Assembly (NCBI GenBank): GCA_032654565.1
Contig: JAULAX010000017.1
Location: 32,001 to 96,000 of the forward strand
DNA: 64,000 nt
Reading direction: 5' to 3'
Origin: Anaeromyxobacteraceae bacterium
GTDB lineage: Bacteria; Myxococcota; Myxococcia; Myxococcales; Anaeromyxobacteraceae
A program made the position numbers and the translations under genes. Under the pieces are notes generated by a model. The model worked only from the letters and a program-made list of their open reading frames with translations. It was not told the DNA's origin and did not search any database. Below are positions 61,624 to 64,000 of the stretch, in pieces. Each line of letters opens with the position of its first letter. The stretch's first letter is position 1.

Positions 61624-63264
61624 TCACCGCCCCGCGTCCTCGTCGACCGGGGCCGGCGCGGGGAGGCGGAGGGCGACCCGGGTGCCCCGGCCCGGCTCGC
61701 TGTGGACCTCGAGCCGGCCGCCGTGGCGCAGGGCGATGGCGTGGGCCTGGGCCAGGCCGAGGCCGGCGCCGGCGGTGGCGGTGAAGTCCGGCTCGAAGAC
61801 CCGGGCCAGCCGCTCGGCCGAGAGCGACGGCCCCGAGTCGGTCACGGCGATCTCCACCTCGCGCCCGTCGGCCGCCGGGCCGGTCTCCACCGTCAGCTGC
61901 CCGCCCGCCGGCATGGCTCCGCAGGCCCGCAGCAGGGCGTCGAGCACCGCCCGGCGCAGCAGCCCCCGGTCGGCCAGCACCGTCGGGCTGGGGACGGCGC
62001 GCCGCTGCACCGCGACGCCCTGCAGCCGCGCCTCGCCGGCCGCCAGCTCCAGGGCCTCGTCGACCACGGCGTCGATGCCCAGCGGCTGGGCCGAGAACGG
62101 GTGATCGTGCGAGAAGTCGAGCAGCCGGACCACCACCTCGCCGGCCCGCTCCGCCTCGCGCTCCACCAGCCGGAGGTCGTGCAGCAGCCGGCCCCGCTCG
62201 GCGTCGGTGAGCGGCCCGGCCTCCAGGGTCCGGGCCCCGTTGCGGGCCATGGTGAGCATCCCGGAGAGCGGGCTCCCCAGCCGGTGGCCGATGGCCGCCG
62301 AGAGGCGCCCCAGCGCCGCCAGGGTCTCCCCCCGGGCCAGCTGCTCCCGGGTCTCCACCAGCGCCCGGGTGCGGGACTCCACCTGCTGCTCCAGCTGCTG
62401 GTTGAGGGCGTCGAGCTCGGCGCGGGTGGTTCGCAGGGAGCGGACCATCTCGCCGAAGGAGGAGGCCAGCAGCCCCAGCTCGCCGCCGAAGTCGGGCGAG
62501 GCCGGCTGCTCCAGGTCCTGCCCGGCGACCCGGCGGGTGGCCGCCACCAGCGCCGCCACCGGCTGGACCAGGCGGCGGCGCGTCAGCCACCAGAAGGCCA
62601 GGCCGAGGCCGGCCGCCACCACCGCCGCCACCGAGAGCGAGCTCCAGCGGAAGGCGGCCAGCCGGGCGTCGGCGACGGCCAGCGAGCGGTCGACGGCCAG
62701 CAGCCCGAGGACCCGGGAGGCGTTGGGGTGGACGTGGCACCCGGCCGCGGCGCAGGCCGGCTGGTTGAGGATGGGGGTCACCAGCTGCAGCACCCGCGGG
62801 CCGCCGCCGGCCTCGATGCGCTGCCGCCCCTCCAGCCCCTCGGCGCGGGCCGAGCCGGCGGTGTGGCAGACCACGCACTGCGGGCCGCGGGGATCGAGCG
62901 TGCGCCCGGCCTCGGCCGGATCGGTGGAGAAGGCCACCCGGCCGCCGTGGTCGAGGAGCCGGATCCGGTCGACGCCGGGCTGCCGCCCGACGTCCTCGAG
63001 GATCCGGTAGGCGTCGTCGCGCCGGTCGAGCAGCATGGCCCGGTGGATGGCGTTGGCCACCGTCTGCGCCAGCAGGTCCGACTCCTCGGCGGCCCGCTGC
63101 ACGGCGAAGCGCTCGAAGCGCAGCTCGGCGACGAAGAAGGCGGCCACGATCACCAGGCCGGCCACGGTGGTGTAGAGCAGCAGCCGGGAGGAGAGCCGGT
63201 CGCGCCAGCGGAGCTCGTAGCCGAGATCGGGTGGAGGCAGGTCGGGCGTTTCGGTGGTCGCCAT
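61624..63264 (-). CDS. Heme-c sensor histidine kinase with degenerate catalytic boxes
   Basis: CVVCH and CAAAGCH; HAMP; H-box GHRLGSPL; N-box LDALLRA; AGLGL. Confidence 0.8.
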   Translation of the reverse strand: MATTETPDLPPPDLGYELRWRDRLSSRLLLYTTVAGLVIVAAFFVAELRFERFAVQRAAEESDLLAQTVANAIHRAMLLDRRDDAYRILEDVGRQPGVDRIRLLDHGGRVAFSTDPAEAGRTLDPRGPQCVVCHTAGSARAEGLEGRQRIEAGGGPRVLQLVTPILNQPACAAAGCHVHPNASRVLGLLAVDRSLAVADARLAAFRWSSLSVAAVVAAGLGLAFWWLTRRRLVQPVAALVAATRRVAGQDLEQPASPDFGGELGLLASSFGEMVRSLRTTRAELDALNQQLEQQVESRTRALVETREQLARGETLAALGRLSAAIGHRLGSPLSGMLTMARNGARTLEAGPLTDAERGRLLHDLRLVEREAERAGEVVVRLLDFSHDHPFSAQPLGIDAVVDEALELAAGEARLQGVAVQRRAVPSPTVLADRGLLRRAVLDALLRACGAMPAGGQLTVETGPAADGREVEIAVTDSGPSLSAERLARVFEPDFTATAGAGLGLAQAHAIALRHGGRLEVHSEPGRGTRVALRLPAPAPVDEDAGR

Positions 63265-63496
63265 TCGGCCCCTCCCCAGGAAGCGTGATCGCAGGATTCA
63301 TCATCGTTCACTTTCTCCACACCGGGCCCGACCGGACCTTGCGTCACGTTGGCGCACGCGCGTTCCCGCCACGCCTCCGGAAGGGCCGTGGCGGCGCGGC
63401 GCGGGGCCGGTGACGCCGGCGCCGCGTGGCCAGGCCGGACGCCGGTTTGCTTGACGACCCGCGATCGCGGAGGTTCACTCCCGGGAGGGAGATTCG

Positions 63497-64000
63497 ATGG
63501 CGCAGCCGACCCCGCCGCGAGGCGGCACCCCGCAGGAGTCCGAGCACGCCGCGCCCCTGGCCACCTCCGGCCCCGGCACGGTGGCCATGCAGTTCGTCTC
63601 GGCGCTCTCCAAGGCGGCCCGCTCCTTCACCCTCTACGATCCAAGCAACAGCGTGGTCCGCCAGTTCCTCGCCGACTACCAGGCCCGCGCCGTGGCCGCC
63701 ACCGCCGGCGTCGAGCTGGTGCTCGACGTCCACCCCTTCGAGCTGCTGCGCGACGGCGAGGTGGTCTACCGCGAGGAGGACCGGGAGCGGTCGCTGGCCT
63801 TCCGGCTCTTCAGGGACGGGGTGCGCCGCCTCACCTTCCGGTCCGGCGTCCCCTGGGGCGAGCTGCTCACCTTCCTGGAGATCCTCGCCGTCCGCTACGT
63901 GGGCGTCCGCCAGCAGGAGGAGGACGTCATCACCCTGTTCCGCAAGGCGGAGTTCCAGGGGATCGGCTTCTCCGCCGTCGAGGGGTTCGCCCCGGAGGAG
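63497..64000 (+). CDS. Hypothetical protein (3'-truncated), possibly the N-terminus of a HEAT-repeat protein
   Basis: GGGAGGGAG RBS; open frame to the window end (ALSKAARSFTLYD, LAFRLFRDGVRRLTF); absent from the ORF track because it has no stop. Confidence 0.65.
   Translation, partial: MAQPTPPRGGTPQESEHAAPLATSGPGTVAMQFVSALSKAARSFTLYDPSNSVVRQFLADYQARAVAATAGVELVLDVHPFELLRDGEVVYREEDRERSLAFRLFRDGVRRLTFRSGVPWGELLTFLEILAVRYVGVRQQEEDVITLFRKAEFQGIGFSAVEGFAPEE

Noticed and set aside
63430..63455. Possible sigma-54 promoter before the last gene (CGGACGCCGGTTTGC)
   Set aside because: GG-N10-GC spacing fits, but the -24 element is a poor match and chance hits are common at this GC level.

Overview
The window appears to join two unrelated high-GC genomes through an error-rich stretch at about 44.26-45.15 kb. 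The left part (1 to ~44.3 kb) looks betaproteobacterial (Burkholderiales, Rubrivivax/Ideonella-like; inferred from gene content and codon style). It carries a xylose operon extended by a CRTAC1/UnbV protein and a vanadium haloperoxidase, a CorA-like protein, yfiRNB, a divergent kynBUA plus 2-aminobenzoyl-CoA (abm) tryptophan catabolic cluster, an MCP, psd, and four cNMP-domain proteins clustered around a class III cyclase. The right part (~45.15-64 kb) looks Anaeromyxobacter-like and begins with a truncated monomeric isocitrate dehydrogenase. It holds the strongest candidate for an undescribed system: a sigma-54 operon with a visible -24/-12 promoter and paired upstream repeats. The operon encodes a small Cys-rich protein, a Tat-exported 4Fe-4S protein, an NrfD-type membrane subunit, a triheme c7 cytochrome and two membrane-anchored GcvH-like proteins lacking the lipoyl lysine, with no catalytic subunit. 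It is flanked by two heme-c sensor kinases (one degenerate), an archaemetzincin and an NtrC-type activator. No rRNA, tRNA, CRISPR array, integrase or transposase was recognised. All calls come from reading motifs by eye; no searches were run.
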